A program made the position numbers and the translations under genes. This document shows, in pieces, positions 1 to 11,663 of a stretch of 64,000 nt of DNA. The DNA comes from Tubiluchus corallicola (Eukaryota; Animalia; Priapulida), in contig JAQGDQ010000013.1 of the NCBI GenBank assembly GCA_030141605.1, positions 124,001 through 188,000 on the forward strand, in the 5' to 3' direction. Each line of letters begins with the position of its first letter. Positions within the stretch are counted from its first letter, which is position 1. The notes beneath the pieces are model-generated. The model worked only from the letters and a program-made list of their open reading frames with translations, searched no databases and was not told the origin of the DNA.

Positions 1-655
1 TGTTTTGTTATATTTTTTTAGATTCACAATTTATTCTTGTGTTTCCTTCTGTTTTTTATTCTTTACCATATCGTAAATGGTTTGTTGAATAGAAAGAGGA
101 TCATATGTTTATTTGTGGACATTTAAACATTTTGCATTATGTTTCTTTGCCGTGCAACCAAACTTATGGTACTTATTCATACATGTATATGATATAATTG
201 CTGAATTTATTTTATCCTGTTTCTCCCCCTGTCTACTCCCGAAGTTTACAAACCAGGACCACTAGCCATTTATGCTTTTAATGAGGACATACTGAAAAAG
301 TTTTACAGGTGAATACGTCACGTCAAAGCTTGTTAGAGGTTAAGTTTAGTTAAATCAATGCCAAAGGTCATTGTAGGTCACAGTGGACACCAAGATAGAC
401 TACCTGCACTTATTAAGGGCATTTATTATGTTGCTCTTGGTGCTGGTCATGACCTTGGTGTAGATTAAGTCCTTTAAACAAAAAGATTATGGTGTTTTTG
501 GTACATTAGAATGTGCACAAAGAGTTTCGATCTTTTTACGAATACTAACCGGCAAGCCATCATATTCATCAAACTATATGAAATGGACTGCAAAGAAAGC
601 AGAACACATTATTAATTAGTACATTAATTACTTAACAAATTTTGATTTTTTTCAG

Positions 656-763
656 TTAGAAAATCTAAAATCGGAACTTTACAAGTTAAACCATAAGAAA
701 CAACTGATTGCTGTTCTTCTTGAAGCTAACCGTGGAGAGCTGGAAACACTGAAGAAAAAACAG
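656..763 (+). CDS. Coiled-coil gene, exon (LENLKSELY...KKKQ)
   Basis: tttttttcag| acceptor, cag|gtatgc donor, open frame, phase 0-0. Confidence 0.75.
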
Positions 764-3700
764 GTATGCGGTTTGTTCTTAATCAACAGAAGCTTTGGCA
801 TATGTTATGAAGATCAAGAGTTTTAGACAAATATCAGTTTTGCTGCATGAGAACAAGCAGACGGTACTGACTGTTTAGCCTCAACCACCCGTTACTTATA
901 TGAATTTGAAAGTTTCTTGCTATATGACTGCAGTTTTATTATGTAACAGATAATTAAAAACCTGAGGAGAGATTACAAAAGTAGGGAGTGGTATAATGGT
1001 GAATTTTGCCTAACAGGTAGCATAACTATTTTAAGAGATTGCATGTAGATTATTCCTTACATATTTTTTATACTGTTTAATTTTTACCAAAGGAAAATCA
1101 AGCATTTTTATCTCCTGCTAATTGAGCGGATTGTGACAGGGTCAGATTGTAGCTGTTATTAAAAATAGTCTTGTAAGATGTATTGTTGAGCTGGCAGAGA
1201 ACTCAGTGGTGTCTTTGCCACAGTAACATTTATGCACAGCCTCCCTCATGGATAGAAATCACCAGAGGTAGCATAGCAGACGAAAGACCACCCAGAAGCA
1301 GTTTTTCCTGAGCACTGAGAAGTCATCTGATCTGGCTTATCACTGCTTAACTTTTGTGTCCATATAATGTACACAACAATACTACTCAATTCAGCGGTGA
1401 GCTAAAAGGGACAGTGCAGCCTGCCACGGGAGACACTTTTCAGAGAACATTTTGATGAAGTGGTCTAAAAAAGTTGATTCTATCGGAACTGTAAAATGGC
1501 AAAACACCTGACATTTTATCTTCTCTGAAAATACGAATTACAGCGCTATCTGTTGAGAGTTGCAAAAATGATATTTAGTTAATGTATTTGTAATGTTTAT
1601 ATAGTATTTCTTTGTTTTTTTAAATTTCTGTGCAGTACATGTCTTGTTGTCTTGAGTTAATGAAGTGCATTTGTAATCACACTCTTTCCTGCCTGCCTTA
1701 GCATTTGGAAAAGCCTCTGAATAGCTTTGAAGCATGCAGAAAAAATCTCCAGAACCATTTTTTTCAGCGGGGTTTTATCATTTGATCAATTTATTTTGAA
1801 CAGGAATGCAAATTATGCAATTAAAAGCACTAAATTTACAAATCTAAAATTGCGAGTATTTTGCTATGTTGTATTTTTCATCAGGAGGGGGGCCAAACTC
1901 ATTGCTGTCCCGGGTGCTGCAAGCTCTAGCTACACCACTGATTCATTCAGATATATTCTCTTCTTCTTTTGAACTGTAATATTGTATAATTCTTACATTG
2001 CTATTGTGAAACGCCACAAATGAACAAAGGCACACCTGCATTTTCATTAAACAGATCACAATTTGTTACCTATTGATTCTTTTGCATCTTGGTACTCTGC
2101 AAACTCAGCACTGCAAATAACCAAGGACTGCTAAAGTACAAATGTTGGCGATTATTTACTGCGGCATAATTACCGTATTTTCCCGAGTATAAGAGACCCT
2201 TGTGTATAAGAGACCCCTTCAATTTTTAGGCAAAAATTCTGGAAAAAAGTTTTTTCAGACGGACATTTTTAGAGGGTAGAGTACAACTTTTTTCAACTCA
2301 GTGCGGTACTGAAAACAAAATAAAACCAGTTAATGTGTTGTAGAAAAAGAGTACTGGTATATATTAAAGTGCGTACCTGCAAACCTGTAACAGGAAAAGA
2401 GAAAACGAGGAGATAATGCCTGTGTCACGATGCTTGTATTGCTTACAACCGCTTCATAGTCGAACGCGACACGCAAAACAGTTGTAGCGCACTTATTTCT
2501 TTAAAATCATTAGTGTCACAATTTATGCATCTTATTGAAAAGACTTACTCCCATGTATAAGAGACCCCCTATTTTTAAAGTGAAAATTCTGAGCAAAAAA
2601 GGGTCTCTTATACACGGGAAAATACGGTAATTAGTGAAAACAAAAGAAGTTTTTTTATTAGCAAAAGTTAGCTAATTACCTTTCACAAAACTCAGCTCAC
2701 TATCACAAATGATTTATGTTTGTTGTTTATCCTCAGTGCAATAAAAAATAAGTAAAGCATAACAAGTTGTAATTTTTTATTTTCAGTAATAAATTATGTA
2801 AATCCACAGTAAACAAATATTATGAGTAAAACAATTGAAAACCAGATATTTAGTTTTTATGCTTTACCAATAAAAATTTAACACCATGTTGAAGTTTTTT
2901 TCTGTTTTTGCAGGGTTTATTAGAGAACCAGTTTGTTGCTCTTCAGAATTCATACAAACAATGTGCCAATGACAAAACTCAACTGGAGAATGTTGTCAAT
3001 GTATGTTTGCTTTTATTAGTAGCTTGGCTTTGTATCAATATCTGTGAAATAGTTTGATTTTATTTCCCACCCATTAACTTATTTTTTGCACCGGCTTTAG
3101 CTCTTGCCAGTTTGTCAAATTTACTCTTTATTAATCAATTTATTTTAATTGTACTGCTAGCTGTTTTGATGTTTTTGAGTCAATAAAACCTTTTTATTGG
3201 AGAAATTTATTCCAGCAAACTTTTTGTATATAGTTGAAGTATAGTTGGGTTATGAATTTTGCGTAGCTGTGCTAAAAGATTGTAGGCCTTAACCAGACCG
3301 CTCAGGTACTCATAGTGGGATGTCCTTCAGCGTTTCATAAGTATTGTGTGTTAATGTTGTGTGTGCCAGTATTGTGTTAATTAAATCCAATACTAGTAAT
3401 TTGTTCAGTGTCACATGAACTGTGCAAACTAGATCTGATGTTGTTAGATCTTTATTCTTACTAAATCAAGGAATCTTCAGGACTACATTTTGTATACCAC
3501 ATGTGCATGCCTTATAATGCGATTTAAACAAAATTAACGAAAATTATCTGTAAAAAAAAACGAAGTAAGATGAAAAGAATGAAAATGGTCAATTGTTTTG
3601 TGAGATGGAACAAAATGAATATGTGTCAGTTTTGAGTGAAATTAGAAAATGGTACCAGTGAATTGCATATGGTTGCTTATAAAAGCAACAATTCTCATGC

Positions 3701-5007
3701 CACATAATTAGCTTTATTTACCTGCAAATATTTACATTGAAACAGTTTAGGTGTGCTAGCACTATGGCATTGCTTAACCTGCAGCTTTAAACAAGTTTTT
3801 GGGTTTGATCTTACAACATTATCATCAAATTTGTTCTAATGAGGAACAACTCTATTAGCAAAGAAATGCAAAGATAAACGGAACAAACAGATTGTGCTAA
3901 TGACCTCAAAGTTCTCTGAGTGATAGAAAAATGAATTTCGGTCAATATGCCAATAATCATTTATTATTTCATATATGTTAACTACCAAACTAATTGACGC
4001 CCTGTGTTATTCCAAAGCAGAAACGTTGACAGTACCTTGACCGTTATAGAGGTAATCTTTAATCAACTTGTTTACATCATCACATTTCTTCATGAACTTA
4101 CAGTCTTGATATCTATTTACACTATCTACAATTTGAGCTGGTTTGCATTAGAAATTGTTTAGTCATGCAGAATCCATGTCTCCTGACACGGATGCAAGAA
4201 CATGATTACCCAATGGTGTGTTGGTTACTCGATCATCACGTGATTTATTTAGTGGACCAACTAATCTCTGCAATCGGGTGCCACGAACGTTCATCCAAGA
4301 TACCTCTTTCAGCAAGTCTTATTACTTGACTATCACCTTGCTTATTTCTGTTTACCTGCCTTTGTCTCTCTGAAATTGTGCAATCCTGCTGCATAAAAAC
4401 ATCACGCATCCAACTAGTAGCGGGTTCTTTCTGAAGCAATGCTTTAGCATTGGAAACATGGCACGGTGCTGTAACATCATTGAATTTGATTAACAAAGGC
4501 AATTTCTTCCTTTCTTAAATTTTCCACGTCTTGCAATAAGAACCAGTGTTGAGCCTTTATCGAGAAACTCCGATATTCTAGCAACTTTAGCTCTGTCACT
4601 GTCACAGCAGTCTTACTTACCAAGTGAACTCAATGGTTTGGGCACATTTTTAAAAATCAAGTTACACTTTACTAAAAAGATCTAACTGAAAAAACCTGAT
4701 AACTGCAACAACAAGATGAGATAATATGAAATTTCTTTGTTGTCTTGCAGTGGTCACTTTCAGGAAAACAATTTTCTGGGAACATTCAACATCAAATGCT
4801 TATCTTGTAATTTTGATCATGTAGCTTTTTGATTTTGTCTTGACATATTATTATATATTTCACGTTGACATGACATTATATATTTCCACAAATAAATTTT
4901 TTGGCAATTTATCTGCTAACTAAAGTGGAATTGCCCATTACATTTTTTGAATTACAAAAACTTGGAACGCTTCACGGATTTGCGTGTCATCCTTGCGCCA
5001 GGTGGCC

Positions 5008-5041
<34 letters not shown>

Positions 5042-8000
5042 GTATGTACTGCTACAAAGCAAGTACAATCTGCCATCTGCCCTTCAGTCTTTTATACCCG
5101 GACGACTAATCGAGTCACTGCTTGTGGCGTCTTAGTTAAAACGCAATAAAAATGCTAATTTTGATCGTGTGATCTGCTTTGTTAACTATAATATTTTCGT
5201 GTCACTTGCCTTCTATGCGCTTTACATTAATTTGAAAATATCGATCCAGATTATTGTTCACAAAAATGTACATTAAATAAATATGCTTAACAATAAAGTT
5301 TGATTTGAAGGCTGCGCCACCTAGTGCACAAAATTAGTTTTTATCTCACTTATTCAAATATTCAATGAAATGTTGGGCTGTGCTGCCACCAAGGAACAAC
5401 TATAGAAACTAGTAGTACATTTATTGTTAGAGTTTACTTAATAAATTGATTATTTTATTATTTTCTTTTAGTTGTAAATAGCTATTTTAATAATAAATAA
5501 CTTATAACCAACAAGTTAATTTGTGGCACTTTTGTGTTTTTCTAGGAAAAAGAGGAACAAGTCTTACGTACACGAAACTTATATGAAGACAAGAAAAAAG
5601 CTTTAGCTTCACTACGTAAAAATGAACAAGCTTTGTCAAAAACACTCACCAAAGTCAAAAAGGTTAGTGCCTACTAATGCTTCATGTGTCAGCTAGGGTA
5701 GTTGTAGCTTTTTTGTATTTTTTTTTGCATAATGTGGATCATTTTACTGATTTATCATAACGCTAGTTAAAATAGTTGAAATTATGCCAGCCAAAATCCT
5801 GTGCAAATGATTGTGCCAGTGTCCAGAAATGCAACGTTTTCATCGAAATGAATTTAATTAACATGGCAGTTGTTAAAATGCAAATCATTTTAAGTTATGA
5901 AGCTATTTATTATAGTCTAACCTACTAACTTCAGGTTTATGAGTCCAGTGACAACCATAATACAACCTAATTTAACCTGTCCTGTCCTATCTAATATATG
6001 TCTTTTCACGTATATCTAAGGTATATCTCAGTAGGCAAATGATTTTAATGTGATTAATGACTTGAATTGTTAATTTGCTGTACAAAATTAAAGCATTAAA
6101 AACCAGTTAGAAATAATGAGTTTGTATTGTATACTAGTCATGTTATACTGCAGATTTGCATTTTTCTTACAGGAGAAGGCAGGCCTTGCCGTTCGTCTCA
6201 GGGAGGCAGAATTCACTCTGAAAATATACAAAGATGAACTCCAAGAGAAGTGCGAGAAACAGAACCCTGTTACCAAGGTAACCTGCTTGCATTTTAATAT
6301 TGGCTGATGATAATTAGCATAATTAAAATGATTTCACATGTTAGATAAAATGACAGTTTTCAGACTGAATGACTTGCTGGTCTGTTGCTTGTTTTGCTCG
6401 CAGCTGATTGCATAAAAACCATTTTGAAATAAGGATGTGTCGAAGAACTATGCACCAGAGATATGGAATCTGCCGATTTGCAGCGACCCGGGTCTGCAAG
6501 GTTTTTCTGTGGACTTGCACTGCACCTAGATGATCCAGCGTGTTTCTTAACTATTGTTTGTAGTTCCAGTTGCAAAGCTGGGATGTTAAGTTTTCTGAAT
6601 GCTTATTCGAGTTTTTCAAAATGCATAAGCCAAAACGCATAACTAGATACCCAGTAGCTGGCTTCTTGCTTAAACTGACAGGCTGTAATTGAGCAAAATC
6701 ACGTCTCAATTTTAGAAATTATTGTTTTTTATGGTGGACCTCTGCATTAGTGCATACCCAATTATTGTACACAGTCTTGCAGATTTGCGGACCCTAAATA
6801 AGTGAGTCCGCGCATCTCTCCTACGCATCACTGTTCAACAAAATGTCCGTGCTTCTATGCTTCGCACCACAATTCAACGAAAAAACAAACGTGATCCTCT
6901 TTTCCTCCCCGTTGGACAAAGAATAATGATAACACTAGTTTCGACAAGTTCTAATATGAAGTTATATTAAGGTGACTACAACTGCTAATGTGAAAGCAAA
7001 TGAAAACATAAATTTCATATTTAGGACCATCAAAGTATTATTGTGTTTGGTCACAATCAGTCATTAGGGATTAGGCCATCTGGAAATGGCCATTAGTAAC
7101 TTGGTAATAAATTTTCCAAGTTATAGTAGGTCTCACTTTTGCTCACTATAACCAGACCCCATATTTCAATTTTTAAATGATTTTCAGTTTAATGAAACAA
7201 GAACTTTACAGAACTTTGCATGTGACAGCTGTTGAGTACTAAAATTGTACTTAATTTGCAATGAAGTAACCGACTCACAAACTTTGTTTATTTCACTAAT
7301 ATTTATGTTTATTACGCAATAGACAGTTTACTTTTGTAACAAATTCTCCTGCTGTGTATTGTAGGTTTTCACCTAAAAATAGCTGTATAACCACTTAGCT
7401 TTGAAAAATCAGATAGGTTTATTGTGATTATTCCAGAGCTGTATTTCACAAACAGATGATACCAGCATTACTCATCAAATGGTGCAAACTACGGCAGCAT
7501 TACTGACAAACACTGAGACTCAAACAAAATGTATGATCAATGACAATTTCATGAAGCAACTTCAGCCTGATGACAAACATAACAAACAACAGCCAGCAGC
7601 AAACGATAAACAAAGTAAATACATTTAACTTATTTATATGTATATGTATTTTTTTGTATGTGCAGTTTTACACACTATGGGTCAGCATTTAGCTTTTAAT
7701 GCAAGGCCTTGTGGTAGTAATGAATTTTTGCTTATTGTTATAAGTGATTGGAGATACTGAAACAAAGTGTTTTAGGCCACATTTGGATGCACATATGTCA
7801 CACTCAGTCAGAGAAATAACTAGAGCAGTATGTCAGGTGAAGCTACTCAGAACATATATACCCGACTAAGGAGCATCTTCATGCTTGTTAATGGAATTGC
7901 ATTTAAGCAGCTTTTTTGGCAACTAGCAATTTTTTAAACACTGACACGGACCAATTATTCCAGACTGTGGATTTTTCTGAGTGAGAGTCTTCCAGGGGTT

Positions 8001-9837
8001 ACACTGAATGGCAAGGTGAATGATTTTTATGCAAGTCAATCTGAGTTAGACACATATCAGTCAGCTAAGATGCTTATTAAAATTTTGTAGGTGAACAAGA
8101 TCTCACTCCTCCGGTGCGCGAGTTTTTCAATGCTCTCCGAATGTCAGGCGTAAAGAAACAAGACGTCTGGCCCAGAACTCAACCTAACCTCATGCTCGGT
8201 CGTCCCGTGACGTATTTGCCTTCTGTTAGTGAGATTGTGAAAAACCATGAAGATCCTGCTGTAGGGAAGCTTGCTGTTGATGAGAGAGATGAGAAAGCAC
8301 ATGACTCGCTGTATGCTTCCCCTCTACTAAAAATACTACCGAAACCAGAAGAAAATGAGACAAAGACAAATAAGTCAGAGGAAAGTGAAGATTCTACCAC
8401 AAAAAGTGTGATATCAAAGCCTGCTGTCAGAAGAAAAATGGACAAACCAAGTAGTCTAAATTTCTACAGTCAAGATAATGGCACACAAGAATCTGTTGCA
8501 ACAACAAGTGACCCAAATACTGCACCTCAACAATCAAGCAAATCAGTTAGAAAGGCTCCCGTCAAGGCAGATAAAGACTTGAAAAATGAATCAGTTGTTG
8601 TTCAGGTAAATATTCGTTGATGCATTAGAAGGTTATAGCATTATGATAGTGATATGAATGTTGAAGGGAGTAACTATATAGATGAACTTTGCATTAGTAA
8701 ATCTCATTAAGAAAGAGACTAGGCTAACTGATTGACTGTTCACACGATGTCAGGACAGAGTTTTCAGTTCATGTCTAATCTGGGTGTGAACAACCTGATG
8801 TCAGTTAACATACCCGGCTGTAAAATGTTTACAAAAAATAGATGAAAACAAAGGCATAGCTACAGAGTCTTGTTGGTTCCAATCCAAAATCACTTCTTGC
8901 ATTTCTCCTCCCAACAACCAGACTTGATTTCACAACTTATATATTTAATGTAGCACCATCTGTTTCAGTTGATAGTTTACTATGTGTGTGTGTGTGCGTG
9001 CGTGTGACAGTTACTGTTTGATAAAGAGTGAAATAGGTAGAATATTTGGTTACATTTGACGTTTTACTTTTATTTCGGGATTATCGGTGTACATATTACC
9101 GCGTAATATTTCGTGTTATCAAGCATTTATCATGATTAGTGGCAACACATCTAAATGTTTAAATGTTGTTCAATTTATAAAGTAAAAAAGATGCCAGTTA
9201 AGTCTTAAATGGTGGCAACACATTTGAATAGTCACTGGAGCATTCACCCTGTAGCTGTTTTTTTTAAGAACAAAACACGTTACAAGGTAAAAATTCTGAT
9301 TGATGTGTCACCATCATTTTAGATTTAAAGGCATTTCAAAACTTAGTCTTTATTAATTAGCAGCCAAGCTCTGATTAGTAAGGGAACCACAAAAGTTACT
9401 CTTATTTTTCAGGTGCTCAACTGGTTTTTCGATTGATTTTCAACTTAGTTTATCTTCTTGTTCAGATGGGTGCAGCACTTAACAAAGATAACAACGAATT
9501 GGCCAATTCCTACACAAATCACATTGAAAATTCTACTCAAGCAGTAAAAATAGAGGCGAGCGAACCCAAAGCTAAATGTACGGAGTCCTGGATTGAAAAC
9601 GAAATTAAACGCAATGGTATGCAAGACTATGGCACATTTACACCTGCAGTTGATAATAACATGGCACGTGTGCATCGTCGTACACATGTCCGCCTTAACA
9701 ATCCGATGAAACTTTCACCAAAGTCCAGCAAACGTGCTTTCAGAGATGTCTGCAGAGCGTGTGGCCACATTTTTCCGAAAAATGCCAAAACTCATCTGAA
9801 AGACCTTCATATGGCAACTCACAGAAATGTTAACTAG
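656..9837 (+). CDS. 5'-partial multi-exon gene: coiled-coil protein with a C-terminal UBZ1-type-like C2H2 zinc finger (TAX1BP1/TANK/Spn-F-like architecture). join(656-763,2914-3000,5546-5662,6173-6277,7437-7614,8091-8605,9466-9837), ~493 aa visible
   Basis: Seven exons with AG/GT boundaries and consistent phases (0,0,0,0,1,0), 1482 nt in one open frame. The first four exons are heptad-rich (LENLKSELYKLNHKKQLIAVLLEANRGELETLKKKQ...). The last exon ends CRACGHIFPKNAKTHLKDLHMATHRNVN*. No start codon was found in the window. Confidence 0.75.
2173..2627. mobile_element. MITE of Tc1/mariner-pogo type with TA target-site duplication
   Basis: Terminal inverted repeats CCGTATTTTCCCG(A/T)GTATAAGAGACCC ... 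GGGTCTCTTATACACGGGAAAATACGG, flanked by TA at 2171-2172 and 2628-2629. The motif GTATAAGAGACCC recurs internally. No ORF. Confidence 0.85.
2914..3000 (+). CDS. Coiled-coil gene, exon (GLLENQFVAL...NVVN)
   Basis: ttttgcag| acceptor, aat|gtatgt donor, phase 0-0. Confidence 0.75.
4000..4650 (-). mobile_element. Possible highly decayed Tc1-like transposase remnant
   Basis: Minus-strand fragments such as DSDRAKVARISEFLDKGSTLVLIAR and FNDVTAPCHVSN loosely resemble the Tc1 N-terminus and the FQQDNAPCH motif. Many stops and frameshifts, and no clear TIRs. Confidence 0.3.
4956..4960 (-). terminator. Pol III oligo-T terminator of U6
   Basis: TTTTT directly after GCGTTCCAAG on the minus strand. Confidence 0.75.
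4956..5066 (-). ncRNA. U6: U6 spliceosomal snRNA gene (sequence variant), antisense in an intron of the coiled-coil gene
   Basis: The reverse complement reads GTACTTGCTTTGTAGCAGTACATACACTAAAATTGGAACGATACAGAGAAGATTAGCATGGCCACCTGGCGCAAGGATGACACGCAAATCCGTGAAGCGTTCCAAGTTTTT. It has the 5' stem-loop, ACAGAGA box, AGC triad and oligo-T end. Confidence 0.95.
5090..5096 (-). promoter_or_regulatory. TATA box of the U6 type-3 Pol III promoter
   Basis: TATAAAA on the minus strand at -30 to -24 relative to the U6 +1 G (5066), the canonical position. Confidence 0.8.
5546..5662 (+). CDS. Coiled-coil gene, exon (EKEEQVLRTRNLY...KVKK)
   Basis: tttttctag| acceptor, aag|gttagt donor, phase 0-0. Confidence 0.75.
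6173..6277 (+). CDS. Coiled-coil gene, exon (EKAGLAVRLREAE...PVTK)
   Basis: ttcttacag| acceptor, aag|gtaacc donor. Confidence 0.75.
6456..6820. mobile_element. Old hAT-like MITE
   Basis: Degenerate inverted ends CAGAGATATGGAATC... and ...TCCGCGCATCTCTC. The 8-bp flanks ctatgcac and ctacgcat match at 6/8, differing by transitions. Confidence 0.45.
7437..7614 (+). CDS. Coiled-coil gene, exon with SQT/TQT motifs
   Basis: ttccag| acceptor, caaa|gtaaat donor, phase 0-1 matching the next exon. Encodes SCISQTDD...TNTETQTKC. Confidence 0.7.
8091..8605 (+). CDS. Coiled-coil gene, large low-complexity exon
   Basis: ttttgtag| acceptor, cag|gtaaat donor; overlaps ORF 8114-8620. Confidence 0.8.
9466..9837 (+). 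CDS. Coiled-coil gene, terminal exon with the C2H2 (UBZ1-like) finger
   Basis: cttcttgttcag| acceptor, TAG stop at 9835-9837; C-x2-C-x3-FP-x10-H-x3-H. Confidence 0.8.
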   Translation: MGAALNKDNNELANSYTNHIENSTQAVKIEASEPKAKCTESWIENEIKRNGMQDYGTFTPAVDNNMARVHRRTHVRLNNPMKLSPKSSKRAFRDVCRACGHIFPKNAKTHLKDLHMATHRNVN

Positions 9838-11663
9838 GCACAGCTTGCTCAATTAACAATCACGTAAAACTTGCAATAGTTGGGTATGTGGAAACTTCAC
9901 AGATTTTATCAGTTGTACTAGAACTTTAACAGTTGTTGCATCTCTACTTGGTGTGCTGATGATGAAAAAATTGTTTTTTATAAATGATTTGCGGTATGAT
10001 CTTGGTTGTTTGCATTGATGGTATGCCTTGTTGCTTTTTCATTTTTACATTGTTTGTATCATAGAGTGGTGTCTATTTCACGTACTTGAAGGTGAAGTCT
10101 TCAATCCATAACTTGTTGCTCCAACTTGCTCATCCTTATATGTACTAATGCATTTACGTCCACTTTCATACATTTTGTACTTTTAAGCAAAAGTCTCAAG
10201 CAATTTTTAATATGTAAACGGAAGCTTAAATTAAAGTTCATATATTTTAATTATCACTTGTCTTCCATTTGTATTCTCATTTACAAAGCTGGTTGTTTAT
10301 TGCTATCTTGATTTTTGTCAAAATGCGATTGTTATTGTATTAAAGTATGAAAAATAGAAAGTCAATACCACTGATACAACACTTTCAGAATATTTTTATG
10401 TCTCTTAAAAGTTGTATGGGAAAAATACTTATAACCTTGTAATGTTTGTTATCATAATTATTATTCTTGTGCCTTTCTAGTATTTTCCTTATTTTTTTTA
10501 ATCTTTTATTTCTTTTTATTCTTTCTATTGCCTTTCTTTATTTCCGTCAATTGTCCTCTTTATCTTCTCTATTTTTATTGTATTCACACCTTCTATTAGT
10601 TATTGTCGCTATGGTGTAACTTATTCTCTTTCTTTTTTTGTTTATTTACCTATTTATTGCTTCTGTTCCTTTATTCTGTTAGTCGTTGATTTCCTTTCTT
10701 TCCTGCTTACTCCCGTAGCTATTATCGTTTGAAACATATTGCATACTAATTCTATTTATTTAGACCAGAAATTCAGTCTATTTTTATGTTACACTGTAAA
10801 GAAATCAAAGCATAATTAAACTGTATCCAATAAATCCACTTCGTTTTTCCTAGTTCCTCTGTCGGGTAAGAATGATTAACTAAATAATGTAGGTTATATC
10901 ACATATAGTTTCTAGTCCAGTAATCAGCATGCTACCGGCCGCATCTGCTATGCTGCGCTATGTCTGTTAAACTTTCTTTGTTATACTTCTCCTGCATAGC
11001 ACCTGCCCTTTTATGCCCGCCTGTCCCAAACTTTTATTTGGATCAGGGCAAACTTGACTAGGTAGCGTTTAGAGCAGATGTTAAACTGTTCTTTCATTGG
11101 TTCGCAGTTGATGGACTTTGTGTTTCTTTCAAAGTTTGACGCGCAAAGTTTTCAGCGGAACGCGTCCCCACTATTTCATGATTTTCTTTTTATTAGCAGC
11201 ATATTTGGGCGTTAGTGCTAGGTGCTTAGGGCCCATGATTTTCTGTCATTAAACGTTTTTAATGAGTTTATTTAAATATAGTGATTTTCCGCATTATTAG
11301 ATGTTTTAATGATATGTTGTTTTTTATTGTGACTATTTAAAGCTTGCTACTTAATAAGTTGTAGTGTGTTGAACTTGTACGTGAAACAAGTATAGACGAC
11401 TAGACGTACGTTCTATTATAGCTTGGCCAAGTAAAGTAGTAACTTTTCGGTGAGCGCTTTAAACTTTATTATATGACTTTGTAATACCAAGTTTGATAAA
11501 CGCATGCACAAAATGTTACCTAACATTATTAAATAGATCTGACTATCGGGACTCATCATATCACATTGGCAAATTCCACCAGGGAGCATTTGTAGGTGCA
11601 TAGGTGTTCGATGCCTCCCACCTGACCGCAGCTATAAATACTTAGCGAGTTATCAGTGAATGT

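Noticed and set aside
245-308. Possible upstream exon of the coiled-coil gene (…ttttacag|gtgaat)
   Set aside because: In the phase required by exon 656 it contains TGA; at most UTR or non-exonic.
1204-1940. Possible element with CAGTGGTGT…ACACCACTG ends
   Set aside because: Only a 9-bp inverted match and no target-site duplication. The right end looks transposon-like, but the boundaries are unsupported.
4947-5135. ORF MNYKNLERFTDLRVILAPGGHANLLCIVPILVYV…
   Set aside because: It is the antisense translation of the U6 snRNA, a familiar spurious ORF.
11050-11640. Possible LINE RT C-terminal remnant (minus strand)
   Set aside because: No recognisable motif survives in any frame; too decayed to call.
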